From Polyangiaceae bacterium (lineage in GTDB: Bacteria > Myxococcota_A > Polyangia > Polyangiales > Polyangiaceae), in contig JBGANF010000019.1 in assembly GCA_044222475.1 (NCBI GenBank), positions 20,673-84,672 of the forward strand: a stretch of DNA of 64,000 nt. Direction: 5' to 3'. The notes beneath the pieces were generated by a model. It was given only the letters and a program-made list of their open reading frames with translations, had not been told where the DNA came from and searched no databases. A program made the translations under genes and the position numbers. Below, one piece after another: positions 45,627-55,716 of the stretch (its first letter is position 1; each line of letters starts with the position of its first letter).

Positions 45627-46535
45627 TCACATCATCGGAGCCTTGGGCGGCGAGAGCGCCGTCCCGGGCTTCTCGTACGTGGGCAGCTTGCCGATGTCGT
45701 TCGGCGCGACGACCTTGCTGTCGCCCGTGGTCGTCTGATCCTGCACGTCGACCTGGACCTCGACCGCGACGTTCATCGGCGAGTAGGAGCGGAGGCCGAG
45801 GTCGAAGCCGATCATCGCCGGCGCGACCTTCGGGATGTAGTTCGCGATGAGCGGGCTCGGCGCGGTGGACCGGTTCTGCAGGTTCATCGCGTGGTTGAAG
45901 AGGCCGTTCGCGCTCGCTCCCATGCCCGGGTTGTTCGGATCGGGCGGGGGCAGAAGCGCGAGGTTCATGGCCGTCCCGAGGTCGTACGCGAGCTCGCGCG
46001 CGTCGTCCTTGGTGATGACGCCCTGGATGCGTCCCTTCGGCTCCAAGATGTAGAACTTGTCGTAGCCGCTCAGGTCGGGCTGGCTCATCTCTTCGCTGAC
46101 CTGGATGGTCGGCAGGTAGTAGACGAACTCGTTCCACGGATCGATCAGCAGCTCGACGGCGTGGCGTTTGTCATCGAGGTTCGAGATGGTGAACCGAATC
46201 TCGGTGCGTACGTCGTCCGCCTTGATGAACGGCTCCTTCGGATAGGGAGCCATCTGCCCGAGCGCCGCCGCCTCCGTGCCGGTCGGCATGCGCATCGGCA
46301 GCTTCACCGGGGTGGTCACCCAGTAGATCTGCATCTGCCCGTCGTCGTAGGTCGCGGGGACCTTGTCGCTCATTCCGACGACCGCAGGCTCGGTGATCTG
46401 GTTCTCGTCCGTTTTCGCACATGCACCGACAAGGGCCATGGCGAGGATGGCTGCCAATCCCAAAAATTGGGGTCGCGTGCCCGCGGCCTTGGGGGCGCTG
46501 GCCCCGAGAGCGATCGAGGAAATCCCGGTATTCAT
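45627..46535 (-). CDS. Lipoprotein, hypothetical
   Basis: LVGAC lipobox; LLIDPWNEFVYY. Confidence 0.7.
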   Translation of the reverse strand: MNTGISSIALGASAPKAAGTRPQFLGLAAILAMALVGACAKTDENQITEPAVVGMSDKVPATYDDGQMQIYWVTTPVKLPMRMPTGTEAAALGQMAPYPKEPFIKADDVRTEIRFTISNLDDKRHAVELLIDPWNEFVYYLPTIQVSEEMSQPDLSGYDKFYILEPKGRIQGVITKDDARELAYDLGTAMNLALLPPPDPNNPGMGASANGLFNHAMNLQNRSTAPSPLIANYIPKVAPAMIGFDLGLRSYSPMNVAVEVQVDVQDQTTTGDSKVVAPNDIGKLPTYEKPGTALSPPKAPMM

Positions 46536-46608
46536 GGGCAAGTCTCCTAGCAGAGCTCTACTCTAGCGAGCGCCGTGCCGAAGCAAAAGGTGTGGTAGGT
46601 TTCCCGCC

Positions 46609-47484
46609 ATGCCGGGCCAGTCCTCAGCAGGCATTTCCGCGGAAGCCCTGCGGATCGACGTCGACGGAAGCCCGTCGGTGGAGGGCGCCACCTTCACCAC
46701 GACGGGGCGCTCCGTCGCCATCCTCGGGGCGCCACGGTCCCTCTTCGAGGCATGCTCGGCGCTGCGGCCGCCCACGTCGGGCACGCTGACGATCTGCGGG
46801 GTCTCCCCGCGCGAAGCCGCCATGCGCGCGCTCGCCGCCGGCGCCCCCCTCGATCCCGCGCTCCCGCCCAAGTGGACGCTCCGCGAGTACATCCGTTGGA
46901 ACGCTCGCCTCGTGGGCCACGACGCCGCGCGCGCGGCGCGCAACGCCGAGGGCGCGATCGAGCTCCTCCGCATCACGCGCGAAGCCGGCTCGCCGCTCGG
47001 CGCAGCGCCGCTTCACATCAAGCGAGCGGCCGTCGTCGGCGGCGCCATCGCGACCGGCGCGGAGCTCCTCTTCCTCGAGGATCCGACCCCCGGTCTCGCG
47101 GACGACGTCGCGCGCTCGCTCTCGCGCTTCGTCGCCCAGGCGCTCGACGAGCGCGCGTGGGTCCTCTTCGCCGGACGCCTCCCCCTGACCTCACCCTTCG
47201 CTCACCGCACCGAAGAGGCGTTTCTGTACCAAAATGGTACGGTCATCGGCGGCGCTCCGGCCGAGCTCGCCAGCGCCGAGAAGTCGTTCCGGTTGCGGGT
47301 CGAGGGCGACAGCGACCGGTTCATGGGCGCGCTCCGGGAGCGCGGCGCCACGATCGACGGCACCGCGCCGGAGCTCCTCGTTCGCCTCGAAGGCGACGTC
47401 GGGACGCGCGACCTCTTCGACCTCGCCGCTCGAAGCGACGCGGTCCTCCTCGAGCTCGTTCCCGTGGCTCCCACCTTCGCCTGA
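46609..47484 (+). CDS. Degenerate ABC-ATPase-like protein
   Basis: SGTLTICG, WTLREYI, LLFLEDPT Walker-B region; Walker A and LSGGQ absent. Confidence 0.7.
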   Translation: MPGQSSAGISAEALRIDVDGSPSVEGATFTTTGRSVAILGAPRSLFEACSALRPPTSGTLTICGVSPREAAMRALAAGAPLDPALPPKWTLREYIRWNARLVGHDAARAARNAEGAIELLRITREAGSPLGAAPLHIKRAAVVGGAIATGAELLFLEDPTPGLADDVARSLSRFVAQALDERAWVLFAGRLPLTSPFAHRTEEAFLYQNGTVIGGAPAELASAEKSFRLRVEGDSDRFMGALRERGATIDGTAPELLVRLEGDVGTRDLFDLAARSDAVLLELVPVAPTFA

Positions 47485-47491
47485 GATCGCC

Positions 47492-48136
47492 ATGACCACG
47501 ACCCCCGTTCAACGCTCCGCCGACTCTCTCGCCGCTCACCAGGACCGCGTCGGTCCCGGCCGCGTGGGCACGTACGCGGTCCTCGGCGCGGTCGCCTCCG
47601 CTCTGCCGATTCCGTTCGTCGGTGGCTCCGTCGCCGAGCGCGTCCGCGGCGCGCTCCTCTACGACGTCGCCGGGCGATATGGCCTCTCGGTCACTCCCGA
47701 CGCGCGAAAGATCCTGGTGCAGACCGGCGGGATCGAGGGCCCGAAGGGCTTCGTCGGCTCCGCGCTGCGCTTCGCCACCGGACGCGTGCTCGCGCGACTC
47801 GGCCCGCTGAGCGTCATTCCCCCGATCCAGTCGGCCCTCTACACGTTCGGCCTCGGGCACCTGTTCCAGCGGTACCTCGAGAACTTCCGCGACACGCGCG
47901 CGACGCGGCTCGACATGCTCGAAGCGCGCAAGCTCCGCAAGGCAATCGACGCGGCCATCCTGGGCGTGCTCCGCACCCCCGCCCGCAAAGAGGTGCTCGA
48001 GTACGGGCAACCGGAGGAGCTGCGCGATCAGGTCACCCAAGCCGTCGACGGTGCGATCACGCTCGTGGCCGGGATGCCGTCGTGGGTGGTGCGCCGACTC
48101 GAAGCGGCGTTCGACGAAGCCATCACGAGGCCCTGA
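47492..48136 (+). CDS. Hypothetical protein
   Basis: ALPIPFV motif; lies between ABC-like gene and proB. Confidence 0.65.
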   Translation: MTTTPVQRSADSLAAHQDRVGPGRVGTYAVLGAVASALPIPFVGGSVAERVRGALLYDVAGRYGLSVTPDARKILVQTGGIEGPKGFVGSALRFATGRVLARLGPLSVIPPIQSALYTFGLGHLFQRYLENFRDTRATRLDMLEARKLRKAIDAAILGVLRTPARKEVLEYGQPEELRDQVTQAVDGAITLVAGMPSWVVRRLEAAFDEAITRP

Positions 48137-48138
48137 GC

Positions 48139-49224
48139 GTGAGCGCGGCTCGCAAGGCGATCACGCGGGCCGCGCGCGTCGTCGTGAAGATCGGCTCGAG
48201 CTCCTTGGCGAACGCTGGCGCAGTCGAGCGCCTTGCCGCGTCGATCGCCACCCTTCGCAAAGACGGCAAGAGCGTGCTCTTGGTGTCGAGCGGCGCGATC
48301 GCGTTCGGGTTCAAGAAGCTCGGGTACAAGACACGACCGACCGAGGTCGCGAAGCTCCAAGCCTCCGCCGCCGCAGGACAGAGCTTGCTCATGCGAACGT
48401 ACGAAGAGGCGTTCGGTGCCCACGGCGTTCCGGTTGCGCAGGTTCTCCTGACCCACGCCGACGTATCGGAGCGCGTGCGAGCGAACAACGCGCGCGCGGC
48501 GCTGGCCGAGCTCCTCGCTGCCGGCGCCGTGCCGATCCTGAACGAGAACGACTCGGTCGCCGTCGAGGAGATCAAGTTCGGCGACAACGATCAGCTCGCG
48601 GCGATGGTCACGCCGCTCGTCGACGGAGAGCTCCTCGTCCTTCTCTCGGACGTCGAGGGCGTGCTCGATCACGACGGAAAGCGCGTGCGCGAAGTTCGCG
48701 ACGTCGAAGACGTGCGCGGGTTCCTCAAGAAGTCGAAGAGCAGCGTCGGATCCGGCGGGATGGATAGCAAGGTCGAGGCCGCACGCCGCGCGGCTCTCGC
48801 GGGCGCGCACGTCGTCATCGCCGACGCGCGGGTGCCGGACATCGTGCACGACATCGCGCGCGGGGCCGACGTCGGGACGCACTTTCTCCCCGCCGAAGAG
48901 CGCATGAGCGCGCGCAAATACTGGATCGCGTTCACCTTGCGTCCACGGGGTGACGTCGTCCTCGACGCCGGCGCGGTGACCGCCGTGCGCGAGAAGAAGA
49001 AGAGCCTCCTCGGCGTGGGCGTACTCGGCGTGCGCGGCGATTTCCGCGCAGGCGACGCCGTGCGGTTGATCGACGGCCACGGCGGCGAGGTCGGTCGCGG
49101 CCTCGTCGAGATGGCAAGCGCCGACGCGGCCCGCATCGCGGGGCGCATCACCGACGAAGGCGACAAGGGAGTCCTCGTCCACCGGGACGAGCTCGTCATC
49201 TGGCCGAAGACGATCCCCGCGTAG
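48139..49224 (+). CDS. proB: Glutamate 5-kinase with PUA domain
   Basis: VVKIGSS, VSSGA, PILNENDSV, FGDND, GSGGMDSK, VHRDELV. Confidence 0.95.
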   Translation: MSAARKAITRAARVVVKIGSSSLANAGAVERLAASIATLRKDGKSVLLVSSGAIAFGFKKLGYKTRPTEVAKLQASAAAGQSLLMRTYEEAFGAHGVPVAQVLLTHADVSERVRANNARAALAELLAAGAVPILNENDSVAVEEIKFGDNDQLAAMVTPLVDGELLVLLSDVEGVLDHDGKRVREVRDVEDVRGFLKKSKSSVGSGGMDSKVEAARRAALAGAHVVIADARVPDIVHDIARGADVGTHFLPAEERMSARKYWIAFTLRPRGDVVLDAGAVTAVREKKKSLLGVGVLGVRGDFRAGDAVRLIDGHGGEVGRGLVEMASADAARIAGRITDEGDKGVLVHRDELVIWPKTIPA

Positions 49225-49233
49225 GGTTGCCGT

Positions 49234-52200
49234 TCAGTTCGGCGGCGGACCGATGATGGCTCCGCGCTGCGCAGGCGGGAGATTCAGGTTCGAGGCCGCG
49301 CTGTCGCGCGCGATGACGGCCGAGGCCGCGGTGAGCAGATCCGGCTGAACCGCCGAGTCGATCGGTTTGCCGGACACCGAGCCGTGGCACGCGGCGCACA
49401 TGCCGTCGAAGAACCCGCGCTGGAAGCTCTGGTGCGAGTATTCGCCGGGGTAGAAGCTCATCGCCTCGCGCTGGAAGCGCGGCCAGTTGCCCGCTCTCGA
49501 TGCGTCGGTCTCGGGCAGCTTGATGACCATCGGCATGCCGCCGGGGATGCTGAAGCGCGCCGAGCCGTCGGAGAGGACGGGCACCGCGCCGACGAGGCGC
49601 CGGCGCACGTAGACCTGACCGAACGCGTCCTTCGCGACGAACGCTCCACCAGCGCCGAACGACGTGACGTCCTGGGTCGGCGGGAGGTCTTCGTAGATCT
49701 CGAAGCTGGGAGGCGCCTCGAGCGGGCGACCGGTCGGCGTGTTCTGGAAGAGGAGCGATGCGATGATCGGTACGTTGAGCACCGTGATGTCGGCTTCGCT
49801 CTTGTCGCTGAAGACCTGCGTGTGACCGTTGGGCTCGTCGAACGTCGATCGGAAGACGCCGCGCGGAACGCGGGCGTAGATGCCGACGGCCTCGATGTCT
49901 GCCCTTCCGGCGGTTCCCAGGATCTTCGCCTTGAGACCGGTCGCCAGATCCATCACGTAGATGTCGTAGTCGCCGCCGAAGCCGGCCGGGGCACCCGGCC
50001 CGTAGCTGACGAGCACCTTGCCCGACGGAAGGGAGGCCGGCGACGTGTAGACGCCGGTGTACGGCTTCCCGTTCGGCGGTGCGTCCGGGAACTTCAAGCT
50101 GTGGAGGAAGAAGTTCGGCTCGACCGAGGTCGGCGAGTTCGGATCGGTGACGGTCTTGTCGAGCGGGTAATCCTCGGGAGCGGCGCTGTGGTAGTCGATG
50201 CCGATCGAGCGGTTGAAGATGCCCAGCGTACCGCCTTGGTGGGGCGTGCCGGGGTCGCTGAAGATCGCGGCGAAGTCCTTGTCGGCGAGCTCCACGACCT
50301 GCGTGACCTCGGGGAAGCCGATGCTGCCTCGCTGGCCGTACAGCGGGTGGTAGTCGCCGCCGTCGACGTTGATGCGTCGAAGCGCGAGTTGGTAGAAGTT
50401 CACCGCGCGCTTCTCGGTCGTCATGATCGCGCGGCCGTCGCTCATGAAGCTCGGGTAGCGCTCGAGGTTGAGCTGGAACGTGAGCTGGCGAATCCGGTTC
50501 TTGCCGGGCGACAGCGGGTCCTCTTCGAAGACGTAGAGGTTCGCGTTCGGCTTCGTCGGGTCGGCGGGGGTGCGTTGCGGACCGGAGTAGTCGAAGTTGG
50601 TGCTCGAGTAGCCGCGCGTGGACGCGAAGATCAGGTGGACCTTCCCGTTGGCGTCGGGCGGGCTGTACTGCGGATCGAAGTTGTGGATGGTGAGCCCGTT
50701 CGCCGTCGGGGGACCGGCGTTGATCTCGGCGTGCTTGACGCAGTTCGCGCCGTTGGCGTCCATCTCGTAGATCGCGAGGGGCTCGCTCGCGCTCGAACGG
50801 GCGGCGAACGCGATCTTCTTGCCATCCCACGAGACGGCAGGGCGCTTGATGTCGGCGGTTCCGGTGGAGAGACCGCAGCCGGCGGTGACCGATACGTCGG
50901 CCCCGACGACGGGATCGCCGTTGGCGTTGATCGTCGCCGAGGCGATGTGGAGGTCCGAGCCACCGGCGTAGACGTCGAAGTCCTGAGCGCGGTCGGGCGC
51001 CGCCGGGATCGTTCGGCTGACGTAGACGATCCCCGAGAAGGGGGTGAGGTTGCGCGCCGCGCGCTCGCGCTTGTGCCACTCGCGGATGACACAGAAACCA
51101 GGGATGGTGTCGAGCGAACCGTTGTCGTAGTCGTAGTTCTGCCCGTCGCACAGGTCGCCCCGCGCGGCGTCGTTGCCGAAGTCTTCGAAGAGCGGACCGC
51201 CACGGTGGAGAATGCCGCGACCGCCGGTGAAGAGCTCGGGCCGGTACATGTTCTTGCGAACGATGCGGCTGGTGGCGATGTCGTCACTCTCGATCGCGAG
51301 CTGACCGAGCGACAGCTCGTAGTTCTTCTTCGATGCCGACAGCGAGAACGCACCACCTGACCCGCCGCGCAGGCGGTAGTCGTGGAACATCGCGGCCGAG
51401 TGGCACTGGATCATCATGCAGCCCTTGCGGACGAGCACCGGCTGCACGCGATGGGCAAAGAACAAGAACTCGTTGCTCAGGCCGGTCGTCTTGAGCGGCC
51501 CGTGAGCCTTGGCCCAGTTGAAGATGGCCTGGTAGTCGGGGTCTTGCTGGTTCTGAAAGACGACGCCACCTTCGTGGTAGGCGCCGCCGCCGCTCGGGGC
51601 GAGCGGACGACGGACGAGCTCGCTCTGCTCCGGGGTCTGGGCGAGGTACTCGGTCGCCGCGAAGTAGTTCCAACGGATCTGCTCGGGCGTCTGGCCGCAC
51701 GTCAAATACAGCTCGTTCGCGGGCGTCCCGTGGCAGTTGCTCGCCGCGCAGCTCTTGGCGAGGACGGGGTTCACCGAGTTCTTGAACTGATCCCAATCGG
51801 GTGTGCCCGGGTCCGCGCCCGGGTTGAAGCCCGGCTCCGCCGGAGGAACCGTGGTCGTACAGGCGTTGCGCGCAACCGCGACGGGCGGAACGCCGGTGTT
51901 GTTCTCCGTGGCGCCGTTGTCGATCCAGCGACGCAGCGTGAGGTACGCGGTGCCGGTGGGATCGAGGATCGATCCACCGGTGTGGCGGATGTCCGTCTTG
52001 ATGCTCGTCTTCGCGCCATCGAAGGTCTGGATCTCGATCGAGTACGGCGGGACGTTCTTGATGAGCATCGCCGACGATCCGTACGGCCCGTACACCTGAA
52101 GCAGATCACGCCGCTTGTTGACGAAGGAGAACGCGCTCGTGTCGAGGTTGCCGAACGCGTTCCCTTTGGGATCGGAGACGTGGCACCCGACGCCCGTGTT

Positions 52201-52362
52201 GGTGCGCGTACACGACGTGATCAGGATCGGAGAGATCGTGCGGTCGAAGTAGCTCGTCTGCTGAACGTCCTTCGACGTGCACGCAGTGGTTGGCGCAAAA
52301 GCAATGGCGACGGCGGCGACACAACCGACGCTCGCGAGAATCGAGGCGAGACGAGAACGCAA
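49234..52362 (-). CDS. Large lipoprotein: putative c-type heme motifs, TolB-like propeller, hydrazine synthase alpha-like C-terminus
   Basis: TTAC lipobox; PAVSWDGKKIAFA, DPQYSP, YPSFMSDGR; DGSARFSIPGGMP...PGE...CAACH. Confidence 0.7.
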   Translation of the reverse strand: MRSRLASILASVGCVAAVAIAFAPTTACTSKDVQQTSYFDRTISPILITSCTRTNTGVGCHVSDPKGNAFGNLDTSAFSFVNKRRDLLQVYGPYGSSAMLIKNVPPYSIEIQTFDGAKTSIKTDIRHTGGSILDPTGTAYLTLRRWIDNGATENNTGVPPVAVARNACTTTVPPAEPGFNPGADPGTPDWDQFKNSVNPVLAKSCAASNCHGTPANELYLTCGQTPEQIRWNYFAATEYLAQTPEQSELVRRPLAPSGGGAYHEGGVVFQNQQDPDYQAIFNWAKAHGPLKTTGLSNEFLFFAHRVQPVLVRKGCMMIQCHSAAMFHDYRLRGGSGGAFSLSASKKNYELSLGQLAIESDDIATSRIVRKNMYRPELFTGGRGILHRGGPLFEDFGNDAARGDLCDGQNYDYDNGSLDTIPGFCVIREWHKRERAARNLTPFSGIVYVSRTIPAAPDRAQDFDVYAGGSDLHIASATINANGDPVVGADVSVTAGCGLSTGTADIKRPAVSWDGKKIAFAARSSASEPLAIYEMDANGANCVKHAEINAGPPTANGLTIHNFDPQYSPPDANGKVHLIFASTRGYSSTNFDYSGPQRTPADPTKPNANLYVFEEDPLSPGKNRIRQLTFQLNLERYPSFMSDGRAIMTTEKRAVNFYQLALRRINVDGGDYHPLYGQRGSIGFPEVTQVVELADKDFAAIFSDPGTPHQGGTLGIFNRSIGIDYHSAAPEDYPLDKTVTDPNSPTSVEPNFFLHSLKFPDAPPNGKPYTGVYTSPASLPSGKVLVSYGPGAPAGFGGDYDIYVMDLATGLKAKILGTAGRADIEAVGIYARVPRGVFRSTFDEPNGHTQVFSDKSEADITVLNVPIIASLLFQNTPTGRPLEAPPSFEIYEDLPPTQDVTSFGAGGAFVAKDAFGQVYVRRRLVGAVPVLSDGSARFSIPGGMPMVIKLPETDASRAGNWPRFQREAMSFYPGEYSHQSFQRGFFDGMCAACHGSVSGKPIDSAVQPDLLTAASAVIARDSAASNLNLPPAQRGAIIGPPPN

Positions 52363-52468
52363 AGCGACTCCTCCTTCTCGGACACTTTAAGCCGATAGCC
52401 GCGCTTTGGCGAACCAAAACGCGGCTATCTTCAGGTCTGAGAGTTTCAACGAACTCGATCGAAGTCGC

Positions 52469-53386
52469 TCACATGCGACGGAGAGCGATCTGCGCTTGGT
52501 CGCGGACGAGCGAGCTCGAGTCGGTCTGGAAGATCGCTTCGAGGGTGGTGCGCGCCGACGAGTCACCGAGCACACCGAGCGCGTGGCACGCCGCGAGGCG
52601 CACCTCCGGATCCGCGTCGTTGCGAGCGATCGCGACGAGCGACTGGACCGAGTCCTTCACGCGGAAGGTCTCGAGGAGCTCGATGCCGTTCTTGCGAACG
52701 ACCGCCGAGCTGTCACCCATCAACTTCGCGACCGAGGTCGCGTCGTTGAAGCCGTTGATCCTGCTCGCTGCCTTCACCGCCGAGAGCCGCACGCCCTCGT
52801 TCGAGTCGGACATCGCCTTGCCGATCGCGCCCCCACCGTCGTCGTTGATGCGGCCGAGGCCGGACACCGCCGCAGCGCGAACCTCGGGAGAGGCGTCGCC
52901 GGTGGCCGCAGCAGCGAGCGGCTCGATGCCGGCGCTGGTGAGGAACTCACCGACGGCGTAGGCAGCGTAGGCGCGCTTCTGCGGGTTGGGATCGCTCGCG
53001 AGCGTCTTGACCGTACGCTCGTAGACCTCGCCGGGACCGAAGACCCCGAAGGTGCGGCGGCGGAGCCACCACGCGGAGATCTCTCGAATCGACTGGTCGC
53101 CGTTGTAGAGGAGCGGCTCGACCGCTCCGATGCAGCCGCCGCACTCGACGGCCTCTGCGTGCTCGAGGGTCTCCCAGATCTGCGATGCCGATCCGGACGA
53201 GGTCGAGCTGATGATGCGGTCCGGAGTCGAGAGGAACTCGATCTGGTCCGGCGGCACGTTCTTGTAGACGGCGGCGGTTCCACCGCCCGTCCACTGGGTG
53301 TCGCTCTTCGCGTCACCCGGTGCCATGAGGGTCGCTGCCCCGAGGGCCGCTGCAAACAAACACGCCGTAATCTTCGTGATGTGCAT
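52469..53386 (-). CDS. Exported HEAT-repeat protein
   Basis: Signal peptide, ECGGC, repeated D....VR.AA..ALG; GGAG RBS. Confidence 0.82.
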   Translation of the reverse strand: MHITKITACLFAAALGAATLMAPGDAKSDTQWTGGGTAAVYKNVPPDQIEFLSTPDRIISSTSSGSASQIWETLEHAEAVECGGCIGAVEPLLYNGDQSIREISAWWLRRRTFGVFGPGEVYERTVKTLASDPNPQKRAYAAYAVGEFLTSAGIEPLAAAATGDASPEVRAAAVSGLGRINDDGGGAIGKAMSDSNEGVRLSAVKAASRINGFNDATSVAKLMGDSSAVVRKNGIELLETFRVKDSVQSLVAIARNDADPEVRLAACHALGVLGDSSARTTLEAIFQTDSSSLVRDQAQIALRRM

Positions 53387-53397
53387 GACCAATCTCC

Positions 53398-55716
53398 TCA
53401 CTTCTTCGGGGCAACCGGGTCGACGCCGGCGTAGGGTGCAAATCCGGTGTTCTGACGGGCGTAGTACTGACCGCCCATGTCGAACGAGCGAATGAGAGCC
53501 TGACGCTCTTCGTCGGTGAGCGTGACGCCCACGTTCTCGGGGTGCATCGGCTTGTCGGTGACCGGCCACGCGGTCGTGCCGTCCGAGGCCTTCACGTTCA
53601 TGTAGTGGATCATCTCCGAGCCGCGCGCGTCGGCGGGGATACCCCACTTCGGCGGGACCGTGCCCTGGATGGTCATCTGACCCATGACCATCTCGAGCGC
53701 TGCCGGGTAGAAGATCGAGACGTACGACGCGTTGAGCGTCTGGACCTTGCGGTCGTACGTGACGGTGATCGGGCGATCGCTCATGTCGAAGCGCGGGATC
53801 TGGTAGCTCGCCGTGGTGCCGGCGGCCGCGTTGGTGACGGTGATGGTGTAGAAGGTCTGCGGACCGTTACCGTTCGTCGTCGCGTTGTGGCACTGGACGC
53901 ACTTCGCGTTGAGGATGCCCTGGATGAACGCCTTGTTGGGCGAGTCGTTCTTGTTCCACGGGTACTCGACGCGGTCCGAGACCGGGATGAGGAGCTTCTC
54001 CGCACCCTTCTGCTCGGCGACCGTCGGGTTCTGTCCCATGTTGGGAACGCCCTGTCCGATGCGGCTCTCGTGGCAGCCCACGCAGCGGCGATCCTCGCCC
54101 GGCATGCCCTGGATCCAGGTGCCTTGGTTACGAATCGCGAGGCCGAACTTGTCGATCGGCTGGAGGTGGACCGGAATGTACGGCGGGATGTCAGCCAGCC
54201 AGCTCTTGTCGTTGTAGACCGTCGCCTCGCCGAGGATGGCGCCACCCTCGTGCATGGTGAGGCCGAACATCGTCACGCCCTTCGCGGCTTCGCTCGAGAA
54301 GCCTTCGATGATGCGAACCTTGACGGCGCCCTTGAGCGCGTCACCCAGCGCGGCGTCCTTGAACTGCGCGCCGTTGACCGACTCCTTGAGGCTGGTGTTC
54401 GACACGTCGACCGAGCCGATGCGGGTCGGCTGCGTCGAGTCCGGCGTCTTCTGGAGGTCACCGATGACCGGCGGCTCCTTGCGGGCGACGACCGCGATCG
54501 CGCCGAGCGACCACATGTTGCGATCGTTGTAGATGAGCTGGTTCTTCTTGGTGACGGGGTCGAAGACGTAGATGCCGAAGTTCGGCGGCGTCACCGACGA
54601 CTCGTTGAGGTCGTTGACCGGGCCGTCGGCCCAGCTGACGAGGAGGCGACCATCCGGGAGCGCGTTCGGCTCGCGGTAGCGGCCGGCCGGCGACGGACCG
54701 TTGCCGGTCGGGACGTCCGGGGTGAGGAGCTCGTACGTCGCGTGCTCCTCGTCGAGGCAGGCGTGGCCCGTCTGGTCCGCCTTCGGATCCATGCAGACCG
54801 GGTCGTTGTGGTTGCGCGCGTCGATCTGGATGAGCGTACCCGCGTGAATCGTGCGGTTACGCGTGGTGCCGATGCCGATCATGACGTTCGGCGCGATCTC
54901 GCGGATGTTGACGAGCGAGTTGACCGGCTTGCCGTGCTGGCCGCCGACCGCGAGCATCTGGGTGCCGTCCGGGTTCGTCGTGAAGATCTTCACGTCGTTG
55001 ACCGGGCCGAGGTGCTCCCAGCGGGAGTAGCCGACCTTGCCGTCGTGGCGGAGGAACGGAGCCACCGTGTGCGAGAGGTTCTGCGAGAGGAGGCGCCGAT
55101 CGGCGTCGCCACCATCGACGGTGATCGTCGCGAGCTGCGACACGACGCGCGAGTGCTCGTACTCGTCGGCGCGGGTGCCCATCTCGGTGTACATCTGGTT
55201 GGTCGCGAACATGATGCGACCGCCCGGGAGATAGACCGGGTTGATGTCGTCCTGATCACCAGCCGTCTTCTGGTGAATCTCGTACTTGCCATCCGCGCCG
55301 GGCGTCATCTGCACGGTGTAGATGTGGTAGTGATCGTTCCCGTCCTTCTTCATGGAGAAGACGGCCTGCTTGGCGTCGAAGCTGACGTCCACGCCGTTGA
55401 AGTCGGCGTCGGGGAACGCCGCCGTCAGGTTGATGAGCTTCCCGTCCGGTCGCGGCGGCGAGAGCATGTTCAGGCTGCCGCCCGGAACGTAGCGCTCGTA
55501 GTCGATGACCTGACCGTTGCCGCCGGCAACGTTGACGTTGACTCCCTGCTGGGAGACCGTCGTGTGGGCACGCTTCATGATGAGAATCGAACCGACGCCG
55601 ATGTCGACGTTCTCGGTCGTGTCCTTGGAACACGCGTTGAACCCAAGGAGCGCGCCGGGTGCCATGATGGCGAGGGCGAGGGCGAGGGCACTGACGGGCT
55701 TGCGGATGGCTTTCAT
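53398..55716 (-). CDS. Hydrazine synthase alpha-like propeller/cytochrome c lipoprotein
   Basis: FNAC lipobox; VSFDAKQAVFSM, PVYLPGGRIMF, YSRWEH, NPDGT, HLQPIDKFGLAI...MPGEDRRCVGCHE, CVQCH; GGAGGAG RBS. Confidence 0.78.
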   Translation of the reverse strand: MKAIRKPVSALALALAIMAPGALLGFNACSKDTTENVDIGVGSILIMKRAHTTVSQQGVNVNVAGGNGQVIDYERYVPGGSLNMLSPPRPDGKLINLTAAFPDADFNGVDVSFDAKQAVFSMKKDGNDHYHIYTVQMTPGADGKYEIHQKTAGDQDDINPVYLPGGRIMFATNQMYTEMGTRADEYEHSRVVSQLATITVDGGDADRRLLSQNLSHTVAPFLRHDGKVGYSRWEHLGPVNDVKIFTTNPDGTQMLAVGGQHGKPVNSLVNIREIAPNVMIGIGTTRNRTIHAGTLIQIDARNHNDPVCMDPKADQTGHACLDEEHATYELLTPDVPTGNGPSPAGRYREPNALPDGRLLVSWADGPVNDLNESSVTPPNFGIYVFDPVTKKNQLIYNDRNMWSLGAIAVVARKEPPVIGDLQKTPDSTQPTRIGSVDVSNTSLKESVNGAQFKDAALGDALKGAVKVRIIEGFSSEAAKGVTMFGLTMHEGGAILGEATVYNDKSWLADIPPYIPVHLQPIDKFGLAIRNQGTWIQGMPGEDRRCVGCHESRIGQGVPNMGQNPTVAEQKGAEKLLIPVSDRVEYPWNKNDSPNKAFIQGILNAKCVQCHNATTNGNGPQTFYTITVTNAAAGTTASYQIPRFDMSDRPITVTYDRKVQTLNASYVSIFYPAALEMVMGQMTIQGTVPPKWGIPADARGSEMIHYMNVKASDGTTAWPVTDKPMHPENVGVTLTDEERQALIRSFDMGGQYYARQNTGFAPYAGVDPVAPKK

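Noticed and set aside
49234..55716. Anammox hydrazine synthesis pathway
   Set aside because: Only alpha-like domains; no beta/gamma subunits or hydrazine dehydrogenase, and the host context is myxobacterial.
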